Positions 1-17,764 of a stretch of DNA of 64,000 nt are shown here, one piece after another (the first letter of the stretch is position 1; each line of letters starts with the position of its first letter). The notes below the pieces were generated by a model. It saw only the letters and a list, made by a program, of their open reading frames with translations, did no database searches and was not told the origin of the DNA. The stretch is from assembly GCF_009914755.1 (NCBI RefSeq), contig NC_060934.1, one strand, 5' to 3'. Position numbers and translations under genes: made by a program. This DNA is from the human T2T-CHM13v2.0 reference genome, Homo sapiens.

Positions 1-639
1 AGTGTGTCTGCCTCTAGAGGCTGAGCTATCAAACCCTACGTTATGTGGCCACTCTTCTATCACCCTAAAGCCAGAAAATGTATGTGAAAGCACATTGCAG
101 ATGGCAAATACTGTCCCAGATTATTTTCATTTTTCAGCAATGACTGTAGTGTGGACGGAGCTGGAGAGAACGTGAGAGAAGAAAGTGACATGACCTGCCC
201 CCAGAACTGCCATTCATTTTACTTGTCCATTATCACCATCTGTCATCCTCACCTGAAACTAGTATCAACGCAGGTGCATTCAAATGCAAATAACAGAAAA
301 GACTTACACCATCACGACATTTATTGTCTTTTTAAAAAGAAGTATGGAATCAGATGCTTGCAGTTTAGATCAGCAATTTCACAAGGTTAGGGCTCTGGAC
401 TCTCATCTCTATCACTCTGCCCAAGTTCACATCTCTACTGCTACAGTTCCAAGCCTCACATTCTAATAAGATTTTTCTTCAAAACCAAGAAGACACCTTG
501 CCACGGTCATGAATGAGCACTCCTAATATGTTTCTTTTGTTTTATTGGAAAGTCCATTCTTTGGAAATGGAAATATTTATAAGGAAACTCCACAGCACAT
601 GTCCCTTACATGTTATTGACTAGAAATGGATATATATTG

Positions 640-1320
<681 letters not shown>

Positions 1321-1598
1321 CCACCCCCACATGTCAGGGAAGGAGGGTCTTGGGAAGGCTGCTGGGTGGGTGACTGCCACTCCACCTCACTTCCACTTAC
1401 TCCCCAACCAGGCCAGCAAGTCTGGTCACAGATGTGGCAGGGGAGGCTCCCCTTCTGTGGGTTTCCATGGCCTTGAAGGAAATAAAAATATTTCTCCCTA
1501 AAATATTGAGGATTGTTAAATTAAAGACCCTTAAAACACGGGAACACTCTACCTCACCCTCTACTTGCCTGATGGCAGGACATAAATCCTTCCAAACT

Positions 1599-2372
<774 letters not shown>

Positions 2373-3020
2373 GGAAAGGAATACTTTTAAAACTGAGGCC
2401 TCTTTCACATAATGGGTACATCACACATTAATAAACTTCTGCTTGTTTTTCTTTTGTTAATCCGACTTTTGTTTTCAGGAGAGTGACTCAACTAAGAAGC
2501 TAAAAAGAGAAATTCCTCTCTGCAGCCTCCCTCTTCCCCAACCCTTCTCTCTCAGTATTAGTCTTTCACTGGCCTGCCACCCTCTCCCCAACCCTGACCC
2601 TAACACACTGTAGACTTCTTAAGGTCACAGGTTGTCTTCCCTTCCCATCTCTCACACCTACACTAGGATCTGGCCCATTGTAGGTGCGCAGCAGATGGTT
2701 TTAGAGCAAGTGAAAGAGGGTCTTTTTGAAACAATGGTTTCAATCATTTGTGTCTGAGAGCTGCCTGGCTTTTTATCTTTTGAATTTCTGGTAGAATCAT
2801 TGAGGAAAGAGAAGTATGATTCAACCCTTAAACAAACATGGATACACAAGATGCCATAATGCAGACTTCAAAAATGTGGCCATAAATAAAGTAAATATTT
2901 GGTCAATGACATCAACCTATGTAAAACATTTCTTTAAGGAAACTGACTTAGAATCCCACTTAAAATACCTTAAAAGACCTGGCTTTACTCAAGACTACAT
3001 TTCCCAGATTGAAAGTATTG

Positions 3021-3311
3021 AGCCGGGCACAGTGCCTCACGCCGTAATCCCAGTACTTTGGAAGGGCGAGGCGGGCAGATCACCTGAGGTTGGGAGTTCG
3101 AGACCAGTCTGACCAACATGGAGAAACCCCATTTCTACTAAAAATACAAAAAATTAGCCAGGCATGGTGTCACATGCATGTAATCCCAGCTACTTGGGAG
3201 GCTGAGGCAGGAGAATCACCTGACCGGGAGGTGGAGTTTGCTGTGAGCTGAGATTGCTCCACTGCACTCCAGCCTGGGCAACAAGAGCAAAACTCTGTCT
3301 CAAAAAAAAAA
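3021..3311 (+). mobile_element. AluS
   Basis: Full dimer with A-tail. TSD aaagt(a/g)ttgag. Confidence 0.92.
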
Positions 3312-3479
3312 GTGTTGAGTGCCTTGCATGCCCAGAGAAGGTACCACAGGGATGGTGGCTGAGGCAATGGGTAAAAATTACAGGGTAGTTAGATATATAC
3401 TCTTTAAGAAATTTAATTTAATTAAGGAAGCCAAATAAGAGAGATGCTTTATCAGCAGGGATTATCATCACTATTATAG

Positions 3480-3593
3480 TTGTTTGTTTGTTTGTTTGTT
3501 TGTTTGAGATGGAGTCTCACTCTGTCACCCAGGCTGGAGTGCAGTGGTGCCATTACTTCGACAAAACCGCAATTACTTTTGCACCAACCTATA
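3480..3593. mobile_element. Truncated Alu (minus strand, GTTT tail) fused to the right half of a MADE1 mariner MITE
   Basis: Alu sequence stops at gcagtggtgccat. It is followed by caaaaccgcaattacttttgcaccaaccta, the Hsmar1/MADE1 TIR. Confidence 0.8.
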
Positions 3594-3797
3594 GCAGGTG
3601 TCTTGCTAATCCGTCACTGTGTAACAACACACCCCAAAGCCTAGTGGCTTAAAGCAAAAATGTATGACTACCTCTCATGGTTCTGTGGATTGATGGGGCT
3701 CAGCTGGGTGGCTTCCTCTCCGAGTCTCTCAGCAATTTCTTCAGATAGTCTTAAGGCCTAGTTTTAGAAGTCACACAGCACCACTTTGACTGCCATC

Positions 3798-4394
<597 letters not shown>

Positions 4395-5112
4395 ACTGCA
4401 TTCTGTTATTTAAAAACAGGGCACAGGACCAGCCTTGCTTTAAGAGGAGAAGACAACACACAAGGGGATGAATACCAGGAAACATCCTTCACTGGGAGCC
4501 ATTGTGGAGACTACCACAGTGGAGCAAGCTGAATGAGCAAACACAAGGCATCTCTTGTGTGTGCTGAGGACCATGCCTCTTGAAAGGGCTTTCACATCCA
4601 TTTTCATTTGATCACAGGTATGTGAGCTAGGCAAGCCCGTGTCAGGACTAGATTTCCTTTTATTTTTTTTTCAATTCTCAGAACATTCTGGATATAGATC
4701 TCTATTTTATACATATAGACGCTGTAGCTCAGCAAAATTGAGTAGATTATCAAAAGTCACATGGCTTCTAAATGTGGGTGTGGAATGTGAACTTTGGTCT
4801 TCCGATTTAGCCCTGCAAACTATAGAATTTTCCAAGCCACCAACGCTCAGAACTTTTTGACACCTTGAACAAACCAGGAAGGAGACAAGAGTCTCCACCT
4901 GCAAAAAGTAATCAAGGGGAAGCAGCCACAGATCCAAATTTGAAAAGAAAAAGGTTATCACAATTGTTAGAGTTTTACAACATGGTCATACCTACTATAA
5001 TTGGTGATGGGGAATGGATACGTGGCCACTGCTCATGAGAGTGTGATTTGGTGCAAACTTTCCAGAAGTGCAATAGATATTAAAGCCTTAGTTTTGCAAA
5101 ATTTGTAAGCTA

Positions 5113-5299
5113 GGAGAAAGTTAGCCAGGCCTTAGAGCCTCCTTCCTGCATGGGTTGTAGAAAGACAGGACATGGGGCTTGCACTCAGAAGCTGCTCAAC
5201 TAAGGCTGGTTATTTGTCTAGGGAGTCAGGAATCTGATGAGGCCAGGCCAGGGGCCTCTGAGGCTGAACAAAACATTAGCACAGGAGGAGCAAAAGTTA
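5113..5299 (+). repeat. Copy 1 of a ~190-bp local duplication (copy 2 at 7817-8004)
   Basis: Manual alignment shows ~15 differences in ~188 bp (~92% identity). Both copies end in a CA run. Confidence 0.92.
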
Positions 5300-5563
5300 A
5301 GCACACACACACACTCATGCATGCACACACATATGCACATGAACCCAATCCAAAATTTCATATCTAGAAAATTTTCTAGATTGGGTAGATTTTTGCTAAC
5401 AGGGAAAAATTACAAATAGTTAAATAGCTAACAAGAAGTATTTTGTTAAACAATGGGAAACTATTCTGCCATTAAATTGAAGTAGTAGAAAACTATTTAG
5501 TGCCACATGAAAGACTGCAATATTATTGATGGGGAAAAAGCAGATTTTGAAAGAGCATTGTAA

Positions 5564-5987
<424 letters not shown>

Positions 5988-7147
5988 TTTTCTTTTTCTT
6001 TTATTTCACTTTTCTTTCTTTTTCTTCTCTATATTTTCAAATTGCTTATAGGATGTGTTGCTTTCATAATGAGTTTTTGAAAAAGAAAATAAGAATGGGA
6101 ATTATATTTTCTATGGGAAAATATAGAGAATTTTAAGCTGATTTCAACCAACCAATGGAAAATATACAAATGAATAATATAGTACTATGTATCTGACTTT
6201 TCAAAGTGCTTTCGAATTCAAGGTCTAATTTGATTTCTGTAATAACTCAGTGACGGAGACTGGACAGGTATTATTATTTCTATTTTGCAAATGGGACAAG
6301 TGAGCCTCTAACCAGCCAATTAGTGACAAAACCAGGACGAGATCCAGATCTCCTGGGCCATTCATGGACCTCAGATGAAATCACACCTGGCTTTGAATTT
6401 GGACAGCTTACTTTCTATGCAACTTAATCTGTTGGGGACCCCCTGTTTTAGCCCACCCAGAATCCCTTGTCCCATCTTTTGGTCTCAGCACCCTGACTTT
6501 TCTTATGAACCTGCCCTTCCTCAGTCGGTCCAGATTCCTGATGGGCATGAGACCCCACCCTGCCTACAAGAGCCACCCTTGGGAAGTGTGAGGATAGTGC
6601 TGGAAGAGTCTGCTGAGCTGGTAGGAAGTGGGCAAGAGCTGCTATGGCCTCTTTGCCTCCACTAGGGGATGGATGGGCTTCCTGAAACAAACCCAATTCA
6701 GAGAAAAGAGTCAGAGGTGAGGACAGGTGCCCAAATAAGTTGTTGTTGTTTGCATCCCTGGATCCAGATGTGCCTAAAGCTAAAGTCACTGCCTGGATTT
6801 TTTGCTTATCCAGGCCAGTGCATTTCTTTTTTTCTTTCTTTTTCTTTTCCTCCTCCTCCCTTTTATCCTCCTTCTCTCCTTTCTTCTCCTCCATTTCTGT
6901 TTGTTTTATTTGAGTTGGATTCCTGTTAGTTGTAACCCAACGTCTCCCGATCATTATATTCTTCTGCCTCAGTCTTCTCACCTGTAAAATGGGGATGATA
7001 ATAATAACAATGTTCATCTTCTGCACAGGATTGTTGTGAGACTTAGCTGAGTCACCACAAGTAAGGTGCTTGTTACATAGTGAGAGGTCAGTAAATGTTA
7101 CCTATTAAGGAGTTGGAAAAAGCTGAATTCAGAGAATTTTATCTCCC

Positions 7148-7574
<427 letters not shown>

Positions 7575-7676
7575 TCAGTCAGTTCACCAGGGAGTCATTA
7601 TTCCAGAATTTATGGCCTAGGAGTCACTGACCTCACCTCACGCCTCTGTCTTTCTCTCTTTCTCTCACTCTCTTGC

Positions 7677-7709
<33 letters not shown>

Positions 7710-7816
7710 TGTTTCACAGGAATTGCGAGAGAGGAGGAGAAAGGGGAGATGAAGTGGTTGGCTGGACAGAAATGGCTGGTTTTGCAATGCAGTTTGGGGA
7801 GAGGAAAAGTAAACTG

Positions 7817-8001
7817 GGAGAAAGTTATCCAGGCCTTAGAGCGTCCTTCCTGCATGGGTTGTAGAAAGAGAGGACATGGGGCTTGCCATTCGGAAGCTGC
7901 TCAGCTAAGTCTGGTTATTTGTCTGGGGAGTCAGGAGTCTAATGAAGCCAGGCCAGAGGCCTCTAAGGCTGAACAAAACATTAGCACAGGAGGAGCAACA
8001 G

Positions 8002-8004
<3 letters not shown>
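7817..8004 (+). repeat. Copy 2 of the ~190-bp local duplication
   Basis: Same alignment as copy 1. Flanked by (TG)n at 7678-7712 and (CA)n at 8004-8039. Confidence 0.92.
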
Positions 8005-8041
<37 letters not shown>

Positions 8042-9869
8042 ATTCTGGCTGGATTAAACAGAAAAAGGTATAATGTAATTCACAGGCTCTCCGATGGGAG
8101 GGCCAGAGAATTGACCGTGAAGACTTCCCAGCCTGGAACGATGTCACATGATGAAGGCTGCTCCAGTGGAACACTCAGTGTCACCACACTACAGCACAGA
8201 CACCATGCCTGGCTTGCACCACTGGTTCTGGATGTGAGATCCTAGAAGCCTCTTGATTGTGCCCTAAACTCTTGCCCATAAATGGATTCTGTGAAACCCT
8301 AGCTTGTCCTCTCCTGCAAAGGCAAGTCTCTCACGGTATGTCTGGTGGTCTAAGCTTAGGGTACATGCCTTGGTGCAAGGGAGATGGGAAAGCCAGTGTT
8401 GACCTTTCCCTTGGGGAGGCAGGACTCATACTGTGGGAAATTTGCAAGTCACCTGATAGAGTTCAAAAGGACAACCATCAAGTCTGATATATATCCCCAC
8501 AATAGCATTGCTATATTGGGTGTGTGTGTGTGTGTGTATGTATGAAATAGACAAATGATCTATATCTCAAGGTCCACTTTCCAGGATGGTTTCATCCTTA
8601 AAAATCCAAAGAACCATCATTCAAGCTGCCACCAGGAGCAGGGAGCCCAGTTCCCTCATTTGGGTGTCACTCAATACCTCTGAGTCCAGACAACTGTTCC
8701 AAGCTCCAGGTACCGTCTGGTCACCCCTTCTCCTTGTGGCTCTGCTTGTTCAGGTCAGCATTGCCCCCATATGTGGGCCCAGGTCCCTTTCTCCCCTTAC
8801 CCCCGAAATGAAAAGCTGACACACTCTTCAGAGATGTACCAGGCTCATGGATGGATGGACGGATGGATGGGCGTATAGGTGGATGAGGGGGTGGGTGGAT
8901 GGACACCAGAGGTTTGAGGACAATGGTCACTGTAGCCAATGACACCAGGGGGCAGTGCGGAGCAGCTTTTCAAGGCCTAACTCCCTACACTCTTCCATCA
9001 GACCTGGCTGGCAGGGCTTGGAGAGCTCATTTTGTTCAACATTTTCATTTGTGAGGAAGTTGTTGAGGCCCAAGACAGGAATGGCTGTGTCAGTAGCGCA
9101 CAGCAGCTGAGCTGGCTCTTGATGCGGCTCCAGCACCCTCTGCATTACAGTATTTACATAAGCCCACCTTCCCAGGCTCGGAGGGCCCCCACGCTGCCAA
9201 GCCTCCGTCAGCTATCAGTGATTCTGGAGCCCTTCCTAGGAGTCTCATCGGTTGCCGGCTGCTGAACTCAATCAGCATAGAGGAAACAGACAGTCAGAGT
9301 TCAGGGCGTTGGCCAGGCTGAGTCATTGTCTTCGCCCCTCCGAAGGGCTGCATGTTAGGGCCCTCACTGGACACCCCTTCCCTAGCCATGTCTTTTCTCT
9401 CCTTTTGGAATCCAGATCACCTGGAGGTCATATTTCCCAGGAAAGGAAGGACCCCACGCTGAGAACACATCTTACAATAAATGATCCCTCTCTTCTCAAA
9501 ATTTACGTCTGTGTTACATCCCCTTTAGCCCTGCTTTTTAATTTCCACTGCCTGTTTCTTTGGGGGCAGTGGGGGTGGAGTGGGGGAGTACCAGGGTGGT
9601 GATGGCCCCTCCCACCCCCACCCCTATCCTTATCCATCTTTACAGCAGGCTCCTGAGGACCACGACTTAGATAGCAGAGACATCAAGAGGCTCACTAAAC
9701 CTCAAATTTCCATTTTCGTTCATTCATCTATTTAATTATTCAACTATTGAAAATATTTTAAGCCCCTCCTATGTGTCAGATGCTAAAAAAAGTCACAAAC
9801 TTACACTTCTTAAGCCCTTACTACACTAAAGGTGTGACATTTAGTATATTATCTTACACAAGCCAATGA

Positions 9870-10501
<632 letters not shown>

Positions 10502-11510
10502 TGAAGAAACAGAGATCTAGAGAAGTGATGTCACTTGCCCAAGAGTGCACAGCCAGTGAGCTACAGGACAGGAATCAAACCCAGGAGGCCACACCCAAGT
10601 ATCAGACATTTCCTGCAAGTGTTCAATTGTGAGGCTTGCTCTTCCCCTTCAGCTGCACCCCACAGGCAGCGCCAGAGTGCTGAAGCATGCAGCCCCAAGC
10701 AAGGGCCAATGGGTGAGCAGGAGTGGCAGAGGCCAGGTTCTGGCCACTGAAGTGTGTTGTAGCTTTGGGACTTTCGGAGTGGAATTCCAGAATGTTCCAT
10801 CAGGTTCCATTCTTCAGTGATGCATGGTTGCAAAGCTGCAGCTCAGGGAAGAGCCCCTCCAAGGTCACTGAGTTGAGAATCGAGAACCTGAGTCTGCTCC
10901 ACTGGGGCTAACGAGCCATGTAAGCGGGACCATCTCCCTTTGCTGCACGGGGGCCACCTGCTGCCTCCTCTGTGAAACGGGAGAGCATACCACCTGCCCT
11001 GGAGAGCTGTCCTCGAGATGAGATAAAAGCATGGATATAAAAGGGTCTGGAAATTTGGAGGTCTTTGCTTGTATGAATATGTGTCCTTATTATCGCCATG
11101 TGACGGGCTGGTGAGTCTTGACTGAGTTTCTCTGGAGATTGAAGCAGTAGTCAAGTTTTTAACATAGGATTTTTTGTTTTGTTTTGTTTGTTTGTTTTTA
11201 ATGACTGCCACACATACTCTGTCCTAAAAGAAAGAGAAGTTTAACAACAGCAAAATAAGCAGGACATAATCTTGCAAGTAAAAATGGATGTGGTTAGCCT
11301 TGGGGAAAACTACACAGTTGACACTTTTCCCATTTCACTTTAAACCAGCGGAGACTAAAGCAGAGGCTGGCCTCTGAGAGCCATTGCTGGAGGGTGGGTG
11401 TGGTGCATAGCTCTGTCCTTTCACCTTGCAGCCAAGCTGGGGGCTAAATATGGCACGGGACAGTTGTGTGCATTGAGGAAACTGAGGGATAGAATAGAAG
11501 AATAATGTGA

Positions 11511-11815
<305 letters not shown>

Positions 11816-12662
11816 CCTGAAAACAATTTTTAAATGCATATTACAAAATAGTGTGTGCAACACAATTCCCATTTTATAAAATACCTGTACGCATACAGAC
11901 AGCCCCGGATGTACAGAAAACACACTGGAAAGTTACACAGCACAATCTCACAGGATTATCGCTGTGTAGAAGAATGAAGGACAAATTTATATTTTTCTTG
12001 CATTTCATAATAGAAACATAGAACTAATAAAGAAGCCAAAAAAAAAGAAAAAAAAGAGAAAAGAAAAAAAGAAAGTGATGCAAGAGGAATCGCGCAACAC
12101 TGCAATATCTTGGCCAATGGTCTCCTTGGGATGTGCGGAATTTCAGTAAAGCTACATCTTGTACTGTAGAAAGCTCTTCTGGGCTTGTGCTCACATCCTT
12201 ACCTGCTGTCTGGCCATTTCTAGGACTGGGCATGGTGCTGGCCATGCAGTACGTGCTCCATCAGTGTGTGCTCAATGGACTGCCTGCCATCCTCGGCTGG
12301 CCACTGTGGCTCCTGGCCGAGAGAGGGCCACAGAGAAACACTACCGCTTAAGTAGAAATGGACCATATCAAAATTGCTCTTCTCTCTGAGTTGAACATTT
12401 TGTATTTAGGGGCTTTAATTACATCTTTCCTTGGAAGAATGGGAAAAAGGTGATTACCAAGATCCCACTTATCCAGTTTGAGCTCCCGTATTGGGCAATC
12501 TGGCCTCATTAAAATAAAGACTGTCTTTAAAACATGGGGGGGAGGGGAGGCGTCAGATGTTGGATCTTCTATTGATTAGACTCCTTGGTGGCAAGCAACA
12601 GGAGTTAATAAATTCTGGCCAATTTAAGCTGGAAAGAAATGCACTGGGAAAGATCCTGGTAG

Positions 12663-13412
<750 letters not shown>

Positions 13413-13836
13413 ACTCCTATTATTATTGTTATTGTTCTTTCTACCCCCCCTTGCCAGTCCCCCTACTCCTCAGTGTTCCTCCTTCCCCAGTTACCTCAGC
13501 AGTGGGGGGCTGATCTTTTCTGGTCTATTGACTCCTAAGGCCTCCTCAAGGCACTGGGGCTTCTTGAGGCATGGCTTCACCTCTTCTGTCTGTCTGGGAG
13601 GAACAGAGTTTAGTCACCCCAGGACTCCAGCGACAGTGGTCAGGCCTGGCCGTCCAGTGTGCGGACATCCCCGCCCTCACAGTTGCTAAAAGGCTGGCCC
13701 TTGCTCTCCTTTCTTCATCTCCTCAGGCAAGATTGTCGCAGAAATGAGCTTGAGGAAACTCCCAGGCAGACAAAGTCGGCTCAGTGGAACTCACAGATGG
13801 GCCCTGCCCCGTCAATGCCCCCGCTGTGATAGGGTA

Positions 13837-14565
13837 TGTAACTGTCCAGTGGGTTCACCTTGCCCGCTGCCCAGATAGAGCTGATTTATCAAGACAGGGG
13901 AATTGCAACAGAGAAAGAGTAATTTATTCAGAGCCGGCTGTGCAGGAGACTGCAGTTTTTTTATTACTCAAATCAGTCTCTGCGAGCATTTGTGGATTAT
14001 AACTTTTAAAGATAATTTGGTGGGTAGGGGCTTGGGAAATGGGGAGGGCTGATTGGTCAGGTTGGAGATAGAATCACAGAGGGTCGAAGTGAGTTTTTCT
14101 TGCTGTTTTCTATTCCTGGGTGTGATGGCAGAACTGGTTGAACCAGATTACCGGTCTGGGTGGTGGTGGCTGATCCATCGAGTGCAGGGTCTGCAAAATA
14201 TCTCAAGCCCTGATCTTAGGTTTTGCAACAGTGATGTTACCCCAGGAGCAATTTGGGGAGGTTCAGACTCTTGGAGCCAGCATGACATCTGAACTGTAAT
14301 TTCTAATCTTGTAGCTAACTTGTTAGTCCTGCAAAGGCAGACTAGTCCCCAGGCAAGACGAGGGTCTTTTCGGGAAAAGGGCTGCTATCAATTTTGTTTC
14401 AGAGTCAAACCGTGAACTGAATTCCTTCCCATAGTTAGTTCGGCCTACGCCCAGGAATGAACAAGGACAGCTTGCTTAAAGTTTAGAAGCAAGATGGAGT
14501 CAGTTAGGTCTGATTTCTTTCACTGTCATAATTTCCTCAGTTATAATCTTACAAAGGCAGTTTAA
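13837..14565 (-). mobile_element. ERV1 solo LTR, LTR8/LTR8A family
   Basis: Reverse complement starts (T)TAAACTGCCTTTGTAAGATTATAACTGAGGAAATTATGACAGTGAAAGAAATCAGACCTAAC, matching the recalled LTR8 5' end, and ends ...GTTACA. 4-bp TSD GGTA (13833-13836 and 14566-14569). Confidence 0.85.
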
Positions 14566-15615
14566 GGTATGAGGTGGGCTTTGAGGGCTTGAGCAGAAAC
14601 CGCAATCAAGTGGGCAGGAAGAGCCCGTGAGAAGGGCCATTGCTGCCCTCAAGCCCACAAACCATGAGGCACAGCCACTTCTAACCACATTGCAGGTTTC
14701 GGCCTGCCAAGGACTCCCACCTGAGGGGCGTGCACAGGGGCTCAGCCCCAGCCAGGCCCTGTTAGCCATGCCCAGAGCCTTGGCTGCATCAACCCTGGGG
14801 AAGGAGCGCCTTCCAACTCATCTGTTCAGGGAAGTCCCTTTTTTTCTAACTTATGTAAAGCTTTGAGTGTGCTAGCTGTGGCCCGGCCTCTGTATCTTGT
14901 TTAAAGTAGACACAGTATGATCCCTGCCCTGGGCCCCTAGTGTGTGAACAACTTATAAACAGGCAGCTGCTCACTTGAGTCTTGCTCTTATTTTCCAGCT
15001 TCTACTTGGGTTCCTATCTTTTGGTGGATAGATGTGCTATGGACAGTGGAGAAGATCACAGTGCTGGGCATGCCAGAGCACTTGCCCCTTCCCAGGCATG
15101 TGTTGCTCTCTCGGGCCTTCCTACCTTTGCATTGCTGTTCCCTTGGTCTGAATGCCTATGCCCTGTCTCCCTGGGAACTCTTGGGCCTCCTTGAAGAAGG
15201 AGCCTTGCACCACCATCAGGGTGCAAGGTGGTCTTCCCCGTCACCCCACTCTGGCCTGGCTGAGGTGGTTACTCAGCTATGAATGCTCAGGGCAGTTGGG
15301 TCTGGGGATCTGGGAGGGGTCTCACCTTGACAGGATGGGAGGAACAGAGGCAGGAGAGAGACTTGAAATCTTTGCACGAGGGTGAGCAACCTTTGCATTC
15401 TGCTCTATAATATATCCTAATTTTGCACAGAGATACCCTGAACCTGCAAAGGCATATGTCTCAGAACTGATAGGTATAGACAGACAGACAGACAGATACA
15501 TACATACACAGACAGATGGACAGACTCTCACAGGGAGATTTGGAGGTCGAGTAATGAACCAGTAAGCATTTTCATACTAACTTTATAACATTTTTCCAGA
15601 GGAAAAATAAGAAAA

Positions 15616-15868
15616 CCGGCTCACACCTGTAATCCTAGCAGTTTGGGAGGCTAAGGCAAGTGGATCACTTGAGGTCAGGAGTTAGAGACCAGCCTGGTCA
15701 ACATGGCAAAACCCCATCTCTACTAAAAAGATGGGTCTCGAACCCAGCTACGCAGGAGGCTGAGGCAAGAGGACCACTTCAACCTGGGAGGCAGGGGTTG
15801 CAGTGAGCCAAGGTCACGCCACTGCATTCCAGCCTGGGCAACAGAGAGAGACTCTGTCTCAAAAAAAA
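15616..15868 (+). mobile_element. AluS with a rearranged linker region
   Basis: Both Alu arms present, but the middle segment is replaced by gatgggtctcgaa. Confidence 0.85.
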
Positions 15869-15870
15869 GT

Positions 15871-15906
15871 GAAAGAAAGAAAGAGAGAGAGAGAGAAAGA
15901 GAAGAA

Positions 15907-15954
<48 letters not shown>

Positions 15955-16007
15955 GAGAAAGAGAGAGAGAAGGAGGGAGGGAGGGAGAGAAAGAAAAGAA
16001 AAGAAAA
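15871..16007. repeat. (GAAA)n/(GA)n/(GGGA)n polypurine microsatellite derived from the Alu tail
   Basis: Directly visible. Confidence 0.95.
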
Positions 16008-16515
16008 GCATACACAGAGAAAGTCCCCTGTGCCCCTCTCCCCTCCTGTTTGGTTGGAAATGTAAAGAGGTACAGAAGCCACCTGCAATGTTGGCTTTCT
16101 CTTTAGCTTAGAAACGAGACTGTCCAGATTTACGCTTGGTAAATCCTTGTCTCAGTTTCTATGGCTTTATCTGAGAGTGGAAGAGGTAAAGAACTAATAC
16201 CATGGGCAATAAATATGACTTTCACAGTGATGGATCAGCCAATGGGTATCTACTGTCCAGTCTCCAGGGAATACGTGAAGTCTGTCTACCCTGAGGATGC
16301 CACACCCAGCCCTGTGTATGAAAGGGATTTCACGGCTGTGCACATCTGGGGCCCAAACACAAAGCGGAGCCCAGTGGGTTGGTTAAAGGGGTCACAGAGG
16401 TTGCAGTGAAACATCTCTGAGAAAAAATGGTAACATTTTTGGCTTTTGCCACTAGATGTGACCCCACGACAGGGTTAAAAATAAGAAGTAAAGTCTTGTG
16501 AGGTCTCAAGAGCAC

Positions 16516-16738
16516 AGGATTTCTCAGCCTCAGTACTATCAACATTTTGGGCTGGACAATTCTTTGTTGTGGGGAATGTCCTGTGCATTGTAGGATGTTA
16601 GCAGCAGCGTCCCTGGCCTCTACACACTGGATGTCAGTAGCAATCTCCCAGTTGTGACAACCAAAAATGGCTCCAGACATGACAAAATGTCCGAGGGTGG
16701 GGGTTGCAGCAAAACCTCCCCCAGTTAAGATGCACTGC
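16516..16738. mobile_element. MER20 (hAT-Charlie DNA transposon)
   Basis: ttctcagcctcagtactatcaacattttgggctggacaattctttgttgtgggg...gtgacaaccaaaaatg matches the recalled MER20 consensus. Confidence 0.85.
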
Positions 16739-16922
16739 TCTAGCGGTTCAGAGCAAAGACTCCGGAGTCAGACTGTCTCGGTTCAAATCCCAATGTTTGC
16801 AACTTGTAGGGGAATTGAATGAGTTAACAAACACAAAGGAAGGATGGCCATATACTTTATCCTCCAAACCAGGGCAATTTGAGAATGAAAAAGGTTCTAA
16901 TAATAATTTCATAAACTGGTGC

Positions 16923-17225
16923 TGGCCATGGTGGCTCATACCTATAATCACAGCACTTTGGGAGGCCAAGGTGGGAGGATTGCTTGAGATCAAGAGTTCA
17001 ATACCTGTCTGGGCAACATAGCGAGACCTCACCTCACAAAAAATAAAAAAAATTATCTGGGCATGGTGGTATGCACCTGTAGTCCCAGCTACTCATGAGG
17101 CTGAGGCAGGAGGATCACTTGGGCCCAGGACTTCAAGACTGCAGTGAGCTATGCCCATGCCACTGTACCCAACTTGGGTGACAGAGTGGGACCTTGTCTC
17201 CAATAATAATAATAATAATAATATC
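16923..17225 (+). mobile_element. AluJ with an (AAT)n tail, inserted in a MER81-like element (~16840-17260)
   Basis: Alu consensus. Flanks ggccatatactttatcctccaaaccaggg...tttgagaatgaaa and aactgggactgtc resemble MER81. Confidence 0.8.
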
Positions 17226-17764
17226 ATAACTGGGACTGTCAGCAAGCAGAGTTGTGTCCATAATCCATATACAGTGTTGACCACAGAGTCTGACCCACAG
17301 TGTCCACTCAGTGACCACTGTGCGAAATGCTTTACATTAAGGAACTTCATTTAATCTTCCCCAAACCCTACGAGGTCAGTACTATCACTATCCCCTTTCA
17401 TATATGGGAAGACTGAAACTCTAAGAAGCTACAGTAACTTGCCCAAGGTCACACAGTGAGTTGTCCTGCCAGGGCTCTGGTCCCCAAAGGCTAGTGCCCA
17501 CATGGGCTCGGGTACTGCAGGGAAATGGCACTACTCAACACCCATCCGGCTCTGCATGAACTGCTAGCTCTACTAGGTAATTCACAGTTCCAGCATTAGA
17601 TTCATGACATTGTACCTTACAAAGCTGAGTGTTTAGGAGTTGCTGTGATAAAAAGCAGGAACTGCATGAAAATCAACATGGAGCAGTGCTCAATATGATT
17701 TTGTTTTGAAAAACTGTGCAGAGTACAACAAGTGCACCCAGCCCATCAGGAAGCTATTGTTGTT

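Noticed and set aside
6448-7026. 192-aa minus-strand ORF with a K/E-rich stretch
   Set aside because: Assembled from MIR, MLT1-like sequence and a CT-rich simple repeat.
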